A stretch of 63,687 bases of DNA, counting the filler, from Choristocarpus tenellus KU-1152 (taxonomy: Eukaryota; Protista; Phaeophyceae), in the NCBI GenBank assembly GCA_964200185.2. It is 12 parts of 12 records of this genome, joined end to end, with 100 filler letters (N's around TTAATTAATTAA, not from the genome) between each part and the next. Parts side by side here need not be neighbours in the genome. Positions count along the whole stretch, not along the records: positions 12,042 to 15,918 come from CAXNAD020017426.1; positions 16,019 to 27,573 come from CAXNAD020002260.1; 10 more parts are not named here. The stretch is one strand, 5' to 3'. Below, piece after piece: positions 13,500-26,945 of the stretch (the first letter of the stretch is position 1; every line of letters starts with the position of its first letter). Made by a program: the position numbers and the translations under genes. A model generated the notes under the pieces. It did not search any database. It had not been told where the DNA came from and worked only from the letters and a program-made list of their open reading frames with translations.

Positions 13500-15890
13500 C
13501 GACTTTAAGGCGGTGCACTCCTTCACTGTGCTATGGTACGCCAACCCGGACGTAGCCATTGAGTCCCTCAGGAACAGTGGGGGGTTTACACACGTCTACA
13601 CGACACAGGTGGGGCTACACATCCCCCCAAAACACGTCTTTACACATTGACAGATGAGTCTATGCGGTTATGCTGCGCGGCATCCGCACCTTATCAACAA
13701 TACATTCATCCAACAGTACATCCTTAACCCTAAATTCTTCACATCCTGACAGCACGTTCTTTCCCGCGTTCCGAACGGAACATGTTCGTCTATCACTGCA
13801 TGTAGCTCATTAATGATATCAAGATGCAGCACTTCGCAAAAATGTGCACGGATATCTTGGCTGGAGCCGGGCTATCTCTCCTTAGAGGGGAGACCCCTCA
13901 AGACCATCACTAGAGTGACATTGCAGAGGTGGCTCCACATGTCTTCTCCAACGAGGCAGTGAAGAGACTACCGTCAGACACGCTCTCTCTCTCTTACGTG
14001 GTTGGCTCGGAAGACCTTTCCAGAGGAATAGGTAAGCTTAACTTTGAAATTATTCACCTACTGTTTAAACGCATGTGCATAGGGCCGACACTGATACGCA
14101 ACACAATGTATCCTCCAGTTTATTCCATGCCAGACAGGTATTAATGAGACACACCTTGTTTACTTTCCCACTCTCCACGCCCTCCTCCATTACAGTTCTC
14201 GAAGACTCTAAGAGGCATCAAGAACAAAGGACTTCAGACTGACCAGGACGAGAACAAGCCCAAGAGGACAAGGGGAAAGGACAAAAATAATAGACCAAAG
14301 GAGGGCGATCCTGGCTTGAAGTCTGCCGCCCAGAGAGAAGAGGAATTGTAATTGGGACCAGAGAAACTGCAAGTTGCGTATGCGAGGAGGATGCACCTCA
14401 AGGATGTCCTCATTAAAGGGGCTGTCCTGGAGGTCGCGGTGCAGGTCATGAACGACCTCAAGAGTAAAGACGAGCTCGGAATCAACCCCCACCCCGGAGA
14501 TCAATCCTCCAACGAGTCTTCAGAAAACCCTACTCCAAAGAAACAATACATCCTACGCAAAAAGGTATCCGGGGCAGGGTGAGGTTTCTCCTCTCGTCTG
14601 TCGTTCGTATTGGCAATCGTCAAAAGTCACCTCACAACAACTTTGCTGACCCCAATCATGAACACATAACCCCCTAAAATTGGAAGGTGATAAGTGACCT
14701 TGTGTTGCGGACGGTGGGCAAGGGTGATCTGTTCCTCGACATCCTCAAATACTCCAGGGGTGTTACCCTGAACGCCAGCGGTGAACACAAAGGCAAGCAA
14801 CACACCGTATGTGTACATCATACATCCTTGCCTACCCCAAACATACAGTCTCATACCTCATACGTTTTCCTAACCTTGGACACTTTCACACGCACAAGAT
14901 TCTCTGGATTTACTGTGTCTCGCATGTTCCGAGGAAGCTCATTGCATAGATATATTCCTCCTTTTGATGTATTTTGACCATTGCCACAAGACAGTACAAC
15001 ACCGCCAGTTTCTGTCATGGATCATTTCATAACGTCCAACCCTGTCTGTTTCCTAACCGTGTGTGACATTATATTGCCTGTCTTTCTAATAATAATGAGC
15101 TTAAGAAAACCCATCCAAATCACACCAGGCAGGACCAATCATAGTAGTTACTTGTTTGGGTTCCATGATCAAGTTCCAACAATGCGGAACTTTCATGTTA
15201 CGCCTAACACAACAATGTGTCTGTGCAACCCACCCATAATAATCAATGACATATATCACAACGCAACGAGGGTGAAATTAAAGGACTGTGCCATGTTCAA
15301 GACAAAGGCAGTTTTAGTTCGTGAGGCTCCCATCACCCACCAACGAAATGGACGACTTGTTCTTCAAACATCAAATATGAAGTGTCTTCCGCGATCCTGG
15401 ATTGTTCTCAACCTCTAACACTCTTTTGCCTCCTCCTTTGCCTCCTCCTGTGCCCGGATGTTTTCTGTTGCAGAAGTTAGCCGTGTAACCTGCATGATGA
15501 TCACACCGCCTAGTAATGTCAAGTCCGAACACGACTTACAGGACTAAAGGATAAAACATGTGTGGTCCACGAAAATGCTGCCGCGAACCGGCGGACCCAA
15601 CCAGGAGGCATTGCTATTACGTGCACTGTCCTCGGAGACGATCACGAGCCGGATCGTATACAACTCCTGATGGAGAACATCTCTACATTCTCCAAATTTC
15701 CACTATCCAAGACACCGGTGGAAGGTGACGTCTCTCCACGCCTGATGATAGTGGAGGACTCGACCCCGATGATGATGAAGAGGAACAGGAGATGCCATCG
15801 CCTGACCCGACAAAAGATGTGAGGAGTGGGACACACTCTGAGGGAAGGCTGGCAACCCCAAACTCGGAACACGACTCTACTGGCGTTAAA
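13500..15890 (+). pseudogene. Unknown multi-exon gene, copy 1 (degenerate)
   Basis: Exons (13806-14031, ~14196-14565, ~14687-14790, ~15500-15880) translate to peptides homologous to 21500-24564(-). Internal stops present. Confidence 0.65.
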
Positions 15891-16074
15891 GACCCAAAGT
15901 ATCGGGGTGGGGGGGGGTNNNNNNNNNNNNNNNNNNNNNNNNNNNNNNNNNNNNNNNNNNNNTTAATTAATTAANNNNNNNNNNNNNNNNNNNNNNNNNN
16001 NNNNNNNNNNNNNNNNNNTGGTCCAAATGGACACCCTGGTGTAGCCCCCCCCCCCCTCCCAGATACTTTGGGTC

Positions 16075-16325
16075 ACCAGGGAGATGGGCACGGAGGGGTT
16101 TATTGGATTCTTGGGATGCCTCCCTACCTTCCCCCCCCGGGGTACAGGTATAAGCAGATTGGAGACACAGGAAGGCAGTAGTACAACATAGTGGTGAAAT
16201 AGCAAATAGATTAGTGCTTTTCACATTTATGACATTTTATTTCCATAGGGCTTATAAATGACGTATAGTTTTCATTGGTTCCCCCCTGACACATCTGCGA
16301 AATGTCAGAGGGAATAATAATAAAA
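16075..16325 (+). mobile_element. 5'-truncated LINE 3' fragment
   Basis: Matches 18885-19145, including the hairpin and TAA tail. Confidence 0.75.
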
Positions 16326-16329
16326 ATAA

Positions 16330-17352
16330 CTTAGATCAAGAACTTTCATTTGATATGCTGATCGTCGATTAACTCGTTGGGCAACCTTTTAAAAAAAAAT
16401 CAAGATTGGTTGCCGCCAAAATGGTACGTGGGCGGACCTCGGCTTAATACTGTTTAAGCCACTCACAGGAAACTGTGACGCACAATAAACTCCGAGTTGT
16501 CGCCTGCCCCTCATAGGGTACTGTGACCCCCAAAGAGCTCCGAGTCGTCACCTGACGACGTTGACGTTGTGGTGCAGTCACTCCCTGATAAATTTGAGTT
16601 TGTCCGGTGTCACTGGGAGGCCAGGGGCAAGGGATATATCGGCTGAGGATTTCCGCTCGTCCACAAGGCGAAAAGGGGGAGAATGTTGACAGGTTAAGGG
16701 GGTGAGACAGATTTTGCAAGAGAGTGTTTTTTTTATCCCAAGGATGACCAAGGACGGGGGCAAGGACAGGAATAAGAGCACGAGCATGGCGTACGTTCTT
16801 GGGGAGCAGCTGGATTTCAAGGTGGTAAAACCGAGTCTCAAGGTTCTGGTTGATTGTCTTGGAGGACACTGCTTGATGCTTCCAAAGTACCAGTGTGAAT
16901 TGAACCCGATAGAGATAGTCTGGGGGCGGGTGAAGCTCTATGTACGAGACCACTATGACTATATGTTGCCTGGAATGAGAGCCTAGATTCCTGTCAGTCT
17001 TAAGGAGGAAGGGGGGCAGTCCAGAGTAATTGTGGAGAGGTTCTTCAGGATGAGTATTGCCTACCACCTGATATATTTCAACGAGAACGGCATGGAGTGC
17101 ACCAAATTGGACAGGGTGTACAGGACATTAAGTCTCAGAGGAGGCCTGCACCTTCAGAATATCTCATTTGACTTGGCATGGATTGTCTGGTTCAGAGACT
17201 TTAGCCAGCAGGTGACAACATCGCATAAACGGGAAATAATGGAAAGAGAATGGAGATACAAAAGCGCCCATGCTCTCCGCGCAAAGATGGCCTCTTCTGG
17301 TGTCAAAATCATCCTTAAATCCACGATTCGCGCGCGGACTACTTGATTCAAG
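16330..17352 (+). mobile_element. IS630/Tc1/mariner transposon remnant
   Basis: GHCLMLPKYQCELNPIEIVWGRVKLYVRDHYDY matches the LPKFHCELNPIE..WG..K.Y.R DDE_3-type motif. Possible short TIRs cttagatcaag / cttgattcaag, with TA at the right end. Confidence 0.75.
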
Positions 17353-17439
17353 TATATGGTCCTATATTTCTCACGATTACTGCAAGTTGACCAACCGAGA
17401 CCCATCGAATACGGTTAAGCATGCTGATGCGATTACATC

Positions 17440-19145
17440 ATCAGACGAATTTTCATGACAAAACTTATTGTTGACAAAAAGTTATGGCACGATAAAGTTG
17501 ATGCAGGACGCGACTGCCAACATTGTAGCTGCTTTTGGGGAGTTAAAAATTGAACTTCATGAGGTAGGCGTTGCCCTAAATATGGACAAAACCTTTGCCG
17601 CACCTCTCCAGGGTCACCAACACATGCCCTCAGAATTGGACCTTCTTTCTACAGTGGGAATCAACCTAGCCCAGAACCCAAAGGAGTTTTTTACACTGGG
17701 GCCTCTTGTGGAAACAGATGGTTCATCCAAGCTCACATGGCTGAGGTGATCGAGAGCTCTGGGTCACGAACTTTGGACACACACCTCAGCGAGATGGAGG
17801 ACAAACAGATGGCCTAGCTCCTCAACTCCTGGCCCCTCTCCTCCCGCCTAGGCTATCTTGTTAGGGTCATTCCCCTCCACCTGGCAGGTCTACCACGGAG
17901 CAAGCAGACAACACCTCGTTATGGACACTAGAGAAGAAAATGGAGGTAGCAGACTCGACAGAGGTGACGAACGTTTTTGAGGGGGGGGGGGTAACAATGG
18001 TTCTCTCCGCGTAGAGACCCACCAACAAGTACAGGCACAGATGCCCACAAGTGCGTGAGGTTTGACCCTCTCCTCTATGAAGCACCATCAACACGCAGCA
18101 TTTGAAGGATCACTAGTGGCCACTCTCCCCACCCTCCAAGCAAGGCAGCAAGGGCCTCATGGCGAGTCCTTCTCACAAGCCATTCGTGCGAGCCCCACAG
18201 TACGGGCCCTGGGATCGTCCATCCACACCCTCCTCTCTACAGGTGTTCGCTCAGAAGACTGGGTAACTTGGGGAGGAACAACATACCCCACACCGGCCCC
18301 AGAGGACCACATTCTGGCTCCTCACGATGCCAGGAATACAAGGAGGGCACAACATGAGATCACCCGCCTCCTAAACAAGATCTACTTCGACTCTTTGTAT
18401 CCTCGTAGGTTTAACATCAACACCGTTGTGGAGTGAAAGTATCTTAGAGGTTACGAGTTTTGTTCTGTTTGTCCATTTGGGGCTTGGCTTCCCTCGGGGT
18501 TATTATGACATTTTCCTACTCCAAAATATTTCGGAGTAGGTAAAATGTATACGTTATGAAAAGGTGTGTTTGGAACAAGGGTTTTGACACTTCCTAACAA
18601 ACACGATAGTCAAAATTACATCAAAATTGCAACACTGGATTTTGGCCCCCAAATGGACGCGACTCTACCCTCTAAGATACTTTGGCTCTGTGGTGGAAAC
18701 TTTTGGTCGCCTCGGTAAGCAAGCGAAACGTTTCCTGGATAAGTTAGCTATATGCAGGTGGTAGGGGGAAGAGGAACTGGAGGCTACAACAGGAAAGGGA
18801 CGGCCAAATCCCGCCTATGACAAATAAGTCTCTGTAATAACGCAGGTGGTCCTGTCTAGATGTGTCATGCGTTTTATGCTGGAGTCACCAGGGAGATGGA
18901 CAAAGAGGGGCTTGTTCGATTCTTGGGATGCTTCCCTAGCTCCTCACCCTGGGGTGCAGGAATAGCAAGGTTGGAGGCAAAGGAAGGCAGTGATACAGCA
19001 TAACTGGTAGTAAAATAGCAAATAGATCAATGTTTTTCACATTTATGACAACTGTTCCTTGTTTAGGGATTTTTCTGATATGTGAAATGCTTTCATTGGG
19101 TTTTTCCCCTGACACATCTGCAAAATGTCAGAGGGCATAATAATA
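17440..19145 (+). mobile_element. Degenerate non-LTR retrotransposon, RLE-type (CRE-like)
   Basis: RT C-terminal fragment (..ELHEVGVALNMDKT..), the RLE-clade motif VVETFGRLGKQAKRFLDKLA at ~18690-18750, and a 3' hairpin with TAA tail. Interrupted by MITE B. Confidence 0.75.
18431..18688. mobile_element. MITE family B inserted in the LINE ORF, TSD TGTG
   Basis: tgtg|GAG...CTC|tgtg; removing it restores the reading T-V-V-V-E-T-F-G. Confidence 0.9.
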
Positions 19146-19389
19146 TATATATATTGTACCATGAACAAAGAGAAAGAACATACCATCTACACGTACATAA
19201 AGACGATGCTCATAGCAAGAACGTGCATCAGTAGGGATGTTATTGGGAAACTGGGAAAATCAGCGAAACGTTGTGCGATCCTATGACTGGAAAGGTGTTT
19301 GACTGTAACAGGCTTAGTTTGTGTGAAGATTGAATGCTTAGTTCATAAGGCCAAGTACAATTAATAGAACGGAGCAGATTGCAACTTCT

Positions 19390-19644
19390 GAGTGAAAGTA
19401 TCTTAGAGGGTACGAGTTTTGCCCTGTTTGTCCATTTGGGGTTTGGCTTCCCAGAGGGTTTTTTATGCCATTTTCCTACTCCAAAATATTTCGGAGTAGG
19501 CAAAATGTATACGTCATGAAAAGGTTTGTCCGTAACAAGGATATTGACACTTCCTAACACGATGGCCAAAAATACATCAAAATCGCAACACTGGATTGTG
19601 GCCCCCAAATGGACACGGATCTACCCTCTAAGATAATTTGGTTG
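19390..19644. mobile_element. MITE family B copy
   Basis: Same TIRs and internal sequence as 18431-18688. Confidence 0.85.
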
Positions 19645-20559
19645 TCTGCCCATACGTCAAACACGGTTCCGCAAAATAGGCTGTCAGTGGTTTGAGCATT
19701 TTTGAATTTTGACTTGAATTAATGAAACGAATGGTTGGGGACCGGTTTAGGTGTATGGTGGAGTGTCCATTTTGGCGTGCTTTTGTTTATGAAGTATTGA
19801 AAAAAAATGTAATTCACTAGGGTTAACTGTTAGTTTGTGCTTCATGAGGGAAACAAATGACTACATCCATTTTGAAGAAGCATCACTAATAATAGGGTTT
19901 CGAATTAGTCGGATTATTTCGAGATAAACGAGTAGTTTTTTTTTGTGTACGGTGATGAATATTGTTGTAATTCCTTATTTATTTGGACTTTTAAAATCGA
20001 GCAAGCAAATTGTGTAACTGATGTAAATATGGTCGGGTATGGCTGCAAGATGTTCTTCGCGTAGGCGTTGGTCGGTAGTCTGGTATTGAGGGGGGTGTTG
20101 TTGGGGTTAGCGAGTGATATGCTGGAGGCAGAAGGGGTTAGGGAAAGGTTTGCCTAGGGACTATATTCTGACTATTTGGAGTATGTCTACATGAGGGTAG
20201 TGTTGTGGGTAGCGGGTTGGGTTGACGACTGTCCATGTCGGTGAGGGGTGGGTCATGTAACGTATGCATGTCGATATGGTGACAAGGGTAGCATTAACAA
20301 TGCATCTCATGTGCCTGATTGTATGCACATGTCTATGGGCTTGGGATATATTGGAAATAGTGAGTCATCGTTTAGTGTCATTAGGTAAAATATCACTTAG
20401 GGTTGAGCATCATGTGACCGATTCCTTCACTGATGATACTACATACAGTGGAACCCATTATGTACAAGTTGTGAAACCATTAGGGAAGCAACCTGTTGAC
20501 AGACGCACAGCTATTTTTGGATGTATGTAAAACTTGCCGGTAACTATTGATGTGGCAGT

Positions 20560-21260
20560 TTGGCGCAAAGGATGTGTGTTCCAGAGGTTAGATGCGCAGC
20601 GATACAAGCTTCATCAAAGTTCAAGTGTTTATGAGAAATATTGGTATGAAACCCTCGGAGCAGTCTTCGATCATTGAAACTAAGACCGAAATGTACCCTC
20701 CTTTCGCCTACAGGTTACGCCAGGTTTAGTATGTATGTTTGAAGGAGGATATCCGGGCATAGTATCCATAAACTATATATTCCGATGATCACCAAAGTAC
20801 CTCGTAACAGTGAAGGGATAACATGACAAAGGATTCTGACGTCCACCTTAACAATTCGATGAGGACGATATGCTGCATTAGGCATATTGATTGGTATTAA
20901 AGGTTATTGACCTCGCTTCGCATCAGAAGAACTGTTTAGGGGGTGAAGAGGTGTTATCCCACGGGACACTATACTTGTACTTGTCAGTAGGTGTGTGCTA
21001 TTGTAAAAGACGTCGCAAATACCCAAACAATATGAGAACCCAAAAATTATTCCAAAGCTGGTTCTTTGGTAAGAGAAGGAAACGTTGGACCTCACCAAGT
21101 CGAGTGGTTCACAGCAGCGAGCACGTTTCAGTTAATGTTTCTTGAATTAGGGTTACCACAACAGCTACAAACCACAACATTTAAGACATTTGTCCCAGGC
21201 CACGCAAACTCGGACGTTGCATACGTACAGAGTCGACAAATTTGGGGTCAGACCGTGTAA
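20560..21260 (+). mobile_element. Highly degenerate transposase-like remnant (possibly Sola-type)
   Basis: Fragments ..GNVGPHQVEWF..TFKTFVPGHANSDV.. resemble the DN/DG...F..GH....D C-terminal catalytic region of Sola-like transposases. Many stops. Confidence 0.35.
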
Positions 21261-21499
21261 ACCTGGTCATTGGATACGTTGTGGAAGGGAAAGGAAGAAT
21301 GAGCTCCTAGAAAAATACACTCTTACTTAAAGTTTGACTTGAAGCAAAAAAAAATGTACTTGAGCTGGTGAGCATGTGTGAAGTCACACCTCCCTTCCTT
21401 CCACCAATCTATATGCTTGAGGTAAACCATTGTCAACACATGCCAAAGATTTAGGGGGGAGTACTTCTCGTTCCACAGTTCTGCCTCTACGTGACCAAG

Positions 21500-24400
21500 A
21501 AATACAGCTTTTCTCGAGTGCTTCTACCTCCTTCGCAAGCAGCATCCTCTAGGCATTACCCACACAATGGCACAACCCATCGAGGATTCCCTTGTGCACG
21601 TAGCAATGATCGTCCGGGACGAGAAGATTATTTGCGGCTTTCCCAGCTCGCATCAACAAGCTCATACTCATGAATACCCTGTTGAAGGACACAGGTTTGC
21701 ACACGATAATATGTTGATGAGAATAGGTATGCCGAGCGGAGGAGTTCCTCCGCACAAGCCTCAAGGAATCGATCTGTCATTCCGATGTTAAACTTACCGT
21801 CCTCGGACATGGGCAATTCATCTTCGCTGTCCGCCAAGTCCTCATAACTCCCCTTCACATCAGATGGTGTGTTCTGTGATGATGCCTCCCGACTGTCATG
21901 CACCGGAGAGAAGATGTTCTCCAGCAAGGTTGCCGGCGGAGTCACAGGTATACATACGCTTCCCCTCGCGAGTGGGGATGCGTTTTTCGGAAGCAGAACC
22001 CCGTGTAGGTCCTGAATCCCTGACAACAACCACATCCCCGGAAGGCTTCCTCCTCTTATCGGGAGGAGATCTATAGTATGCATGGACCTCTTCGACACCA
22101 ACCTCTCCACTTGCTGCAGATCCGTCGTCGCTATCGTCATCCTGGACTGATTCCACATCATGTGTTGGAGTCGTCCGAGATCCTGTAGGTGGCAACGCCA
22201 TTTCTTCCATGTCGGAGTCCACGGCATCCCTCCCTTTCGAAACGGATCCGAAGTCGTCCTCTTCGGAGTCACTCTCAGCAAGCATTCGAAGACGGGAGAC
22301 CTAGACACCCTCGGGTGCGTCGAGAGTGCCGCTAAGTCCCCCGTCCTGTTCTTCCGCACAGTCTTCTTCTGCCCAGAATTTTTGACATAATTTGGACAGC
22401 TCACGTGCGAAGTCTTTCTCGTTGTCGGGGTCACGATTCCCTTGCAGCATGGCAAATGCGTAGACCACCCCCCCCGAGCGCAGAAGTCGGGACGACAAGC
22501 CAGCATTGAATGAATCCTTCAGCTTGACCCATACATCGTCCGTGTCATGGACCCCACAAGCGGTGTTGCCTGGCACGATGACAACGCAGGTGGCACGCCT
22601 CGAATCTGGAGCAGTGTGGGGAACGGATGTCAGGAGCAGAGGTGGTAACGTATCTTGTGTGTATTGTTATATTGGTTAGGGGAACTCAAAAAATGAAAAA
22701 AATACTTTAAAACACGTACAATAGTTCCTTAAGGCGAACTTGTTCGGGATTTTTGTGCGGAAGTGAGGAACATGCACAATTGAGGCCATTGTCTACGAGT
22801 TGTGTTCTTCCCCTACGCTATATTGTTATTGTGCTCTTTGACGTTTTTGAGATGTGTGCGGGTGGAAACAGACGACAACTGCGCATGTGTCAGTACAAGC
22901 CCTAAAGAAAGCAAAGAAATGTGTTCTATACCATTAACCATCGCAAGTGTGAACAACACCATCGTACCTTGTCATGCATGGCGCGGATTATCCTAGGCAG
23001 TTGACCCCTTAATGTTATTTACCATTTATAGTGCGGGAGACGGGGTTGCGTGTCAATACACTATGGCATTCTTGACTAAAATAGATATCAGGTCTGACGG
23101 GTTCTTCTTCACTATCAAAGAAACAAAAAACTCATTGCTCCTCTATAGTTGGTCCTTTTATTATCATGTCATGAAACATTTATTTAGACTTGCTTGACTT
23201 CACCTCCTAGTCCTTTGGGGAGAGCAACAAACACCCTTGGAGCCTTCCATAATCTTGAGGAAGATGTCACCCTTTTCCAGACCCTTCAGGAGCAATCTCC
23301 TTCTCACCTTTGAAACACATGGGTGGGGCGGACTTTTGAAGGAAAAATGGGTTCGTTTCCATACAGACGTAATTGAAGCCAGTACCAGAGCCTGTATACA
23401 GTCCTACCGAATACGGATATTTCCTGCGTCTGGATTTGCCAGAGGATGCTCTCACGCAAGAAAGTCGAGAAGATAATCCGTCAACATGGTACAAATTACC
23501 TCCTCTGATAGGATGTACGGTTCTTTTCCAGCCTCCACGGTTGATGGAGTGTTGGAATTCCCTGCCTTGTTGGCGTCGATTCCGAGGCTATCTTCCTCCT
23601 TCAGTTCCTTCATCTTCATCACCGCGACCTCGAGTACGGCCTGCTCGATAAAGACCTACATGTGCATTCTGTTTGCGAATGCAATTTTCTGCTCCGTCGT
23701 AAAGAGGAGTTCTGTGTCACCTCTGGAAGGGCTGGCCTCCTCACAGTATCCTCCTCAGTGCTCTTGTTCTTCCCTTTGGAGGAAGGTTTCTTGGTCTTGG
23801 TGTGGTGCTCTTTCTTGGCACGGACACCCCTCAGTGTTTTTGAGAACCGCTAGAGGCGAATTGCGTATGGAGTGGCCAAGGACAGAAGTACTAAGTTGTG
23901 GGCGTTTACGTTCTTGAAGAAGTACTTTGGTATATAATTATGTTCTATTGTGGAGTGTGTCATGAAATAACAATGTCGTAAAAGTGCGATAACCAGGAGA
24001 CACGAATGCCCAGTCGTTCTTTCATTGTCAGCATACTTAGGGGGTACAAGGAACGTTGCGTACAAAAGATCACACACCACAAGAGGACGCTACAATTCAT
24101 TCTGTTGTGTTGTTTTATTTATTTCTTGTGACAACATGCGCTGTGAAGGCATCTGACATAGAGAAGCAAATCTAAAATTTCGACGTTTAAACTCTCTCTA
24201 TATATAGTATGTCGTGAGAGCGTTTTAGTCGTTGTGTAGGTACTTTGGATGATACAGTGGGAAGTGATATGATCGGTATCACTATATTCATCTGTGCATA
24301 GGGTCGACGACGAGAATCCTCATGGATGCGGGGCTTACCCATTCTTGCGGAAAGCTTTTTTTCCCCAACCACGTAGGACAGGGAGCGCAGGTCAGTTGGC

Positions 24401-24564
24401 AACCTTTCTGTCGCCTTCTCCACGAACATACCAGTGACTGCCTCCACGATATCTTTCTATCCGTAGCCCTGCGGTGTGTCCTCTCCAAGGATGTCAGGCC
24501 CCTTTACAGTCAAGATATCTGCGCATATTCGTGCAAAGTACTGCATCCGTGTCTGCTTCTGGAG
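21500..24564 (-). pseudogene. Unknown multi-exon gene, copy 2 (degenerate)
   Basis: Exon 24339-24564 has the same length and phase as 13806-14031. Further homologous blocks: FSKTLRG; AFANRMHM*VFIEQAVLEVAV vs AYARRMHLKDVLIKGAVLEVAV; KGDIFLKI vs KGDLFLDI; SGGVVYAFAMLQGNRDPD vs PGGIAITCTVLGDDHEPD; then an acidic region. Confidence 0.7.
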
Positions 24565-25249
24565 CTACGCACAAGGAGGAGCGAGGGGATGTTGTTGTGT
24601 TTGCGGACGGTGGGAAACGATGTGGCGGGAGGAGGAACGGAAGAACAATATTAGTAAGGGCAGCGACAGTCGCCACCCAGTGTGAGAAGAAGAACAACAT
24701 GGATCCTTTGTCGTAAACATGTTCATGTGCACTATGTACGGAATAGACAACATCCGTGGAACGCGCGAATTTCTACTACTACTCGCGAGGAGGTTAACTC
24801 GACCACAGAGAACCTTAGTTGTCGACCACAACCTTTTGATTTCCTCACATCAGAACTGATGATACTTCATCGTATAAATTAGCTCGTCTTCTGTTTCTAA
24901 TGATCGGGACCGGTCGTGCTTCGGATACAAACCTTGCTATAGATGAGATCTGTCGAAGAAACATAAACGGAATCAAGCGGGAAAGCGCAATGCATGCCCC
25001 CCGACAGGATCAATTTCTTATGCCTAAAATATGCATCAATAAAAACATTTGTTACCCTACGTCATCTATACGAATAACTGTTGGCAGTTTGTTACGAGGA
25101 ATCGAATCTTATCCGACAAATGGTATTTCCCCCCCCCAAAAAAAATGACCCGTCTATTTCTAGGAAAGCATTAAAACCTGGAAAACTTAGCAAAGATTAA
25201 TCTCAAAATGATCGGATACAGTTGTTCCTACCCAGAGTCGACACACAAA

Positions 25250-25890
25250 ATGACAGCCACTTTTGTGCCTGATGATACGCCAACACACTGGTCCCGCCTA
25301 CCAGTTTGCAGCCGCATTTCATCGACGGCGCGTTGTTCACATTGCATACTCTAATGTTGTTACTGATATGCTTGAAAATGTACTGCGCTTACATCGTTAG
25401 TGTCCCTCCTCTTGTGCTCCTGCCACACACCGCACAGAACTTTCTCGAATTCATCAGTTCCTGATGGCAGAGTGATTAGGTCGGTGAATGAGGGTTTTGT
25501 ACCGTTAGATTACAATTCAGGGGTTGTTTGTGTCGACCATAATACAAATCCCCAAATCATTAATTCATGGTCGTAGCTTTACCTTCATCTGCACATATCT
25601 GGGCCAGAGATGCGATGGCATTGTAGAACTGGTTCACTGAGCCGTAGCTGGCACTGTTTAGACCACTTTCTAGGTTGGTATCCGCCCATGCCTCCTTCAG
25701 GAATGCCGTAACCTCTGCAGCTACTGCTTTCTTCGCCGCTACCTTGAAGGCGGCATCGCTTTCCCTGAAACCCCCCATCACCGCCTATCACACGCCCATT
25801 TACTTTGGAGCCCACCATATAATACGGGAATACTTCGTCAATGATCCATACAAAACAAGATACGAATTCCCGCACCGTACTATACGACAT
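25250..25890 (-). mobile_element. Degenerate transposase-like remnant with a D-x-x-F-K-V-A motif
   Basis: ..GRVIGGD / DAAFKVAAKK..TTMN..IWGFVL resembles the D.TFKV..K...V.NE.G.I..F pattern of MULE/DUF6729-like proteins. Frameshifted. Confidence 0.3.
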
Positions 25891-25989
25891 CGAACATAAA
25901 GATTATAAAACAAATTTTATGGACGCGCCATATGACTTCATCATTAAGGCCTCACACTGTATATCAAATCCGTAGGGTGAGCAAAAATA

Positions 25990-26945
25990 GAGATTTCCGT
26001 GCAAAGAACCTCCGAATGGAAACTGAAGAAAAAACGGCCTCGGTGCTTTATACAAGTAAGGCTTATGTCAGGGACAGGTTCCTTTTTTGGGATCTCCGAC
26101 ACACACGTTATGTACAAGACGCGCGTTCATATACAATTGCGCGCGCCACCCACGTCATTTGAGCTCATCCATACCGACCAGTCCAATGAATCAATCACAC
26201 CCATAAGATCCGGATTTGACCAAACGGCCAAAATGGACTATCGGAACGAAGAACCATTCCGATTCTGATAAATCCATTTCTTTGCTGTGACGTTGCTCAG
26301 TCATCCTGGAACATCTGTTGTATTCTGAGGGTGTTGTTCTGTTCTGGATGTACTAATCTGTTCTGAGATTTGAGCCAAGACCTTTGAAACTCGGTCCCAC
26401 CCTCTGAGGTGAAGAATTTTCAGTCCAGTGATTGTGATTGCCCCCTTGAGCAGAGAACTTGGCACCTTTGACGCTTCCACACTTACAGCGTTTTGATTTT
26501 GTTATAAAGAATTGTGACCATGGAAAGATGGAAAAGTGCAAGTAACTCTTGAGAAATACATGGTTTTATGAAGACAGGATAAATCTATTGTCTTTTTCCT
26601 CAAACACGCACCCGATGCGCATTCCCTCCCAAATGACGTCGTTCGGCGTCATTTGGTGGGTGGATCGAGCGATACAAGTACAAGAAGAGTATTTCACAAA
26701 AATGGAGATTTCTATGCAAACAACCTCAGAATGGAAATTGAAGAAAAAAATGGCCTCAGTTCTTCGTAGAAGTAAGGCTTATAACCTTTTGATTTTGTTA
26801 CAAAGAATTGCGAGTATCGAAAGATGGAAAAGGGCGAATAACTCCTGAGAAAAATATGATTTTATGAAGACAGAATAAACATACTGTATTTTTCCTCAAA
26901 CACGCGCACACGATGGGCATTTTCTCTCAAGACACGTCAGCCGAC
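25990..26945. repeat. Diverged internal duplications, probably a TE subterminal region
   Basis: 25990-26065 matches 26707-26782, and 26491-26650 matches 26787-26945. Confidence 0.75.
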
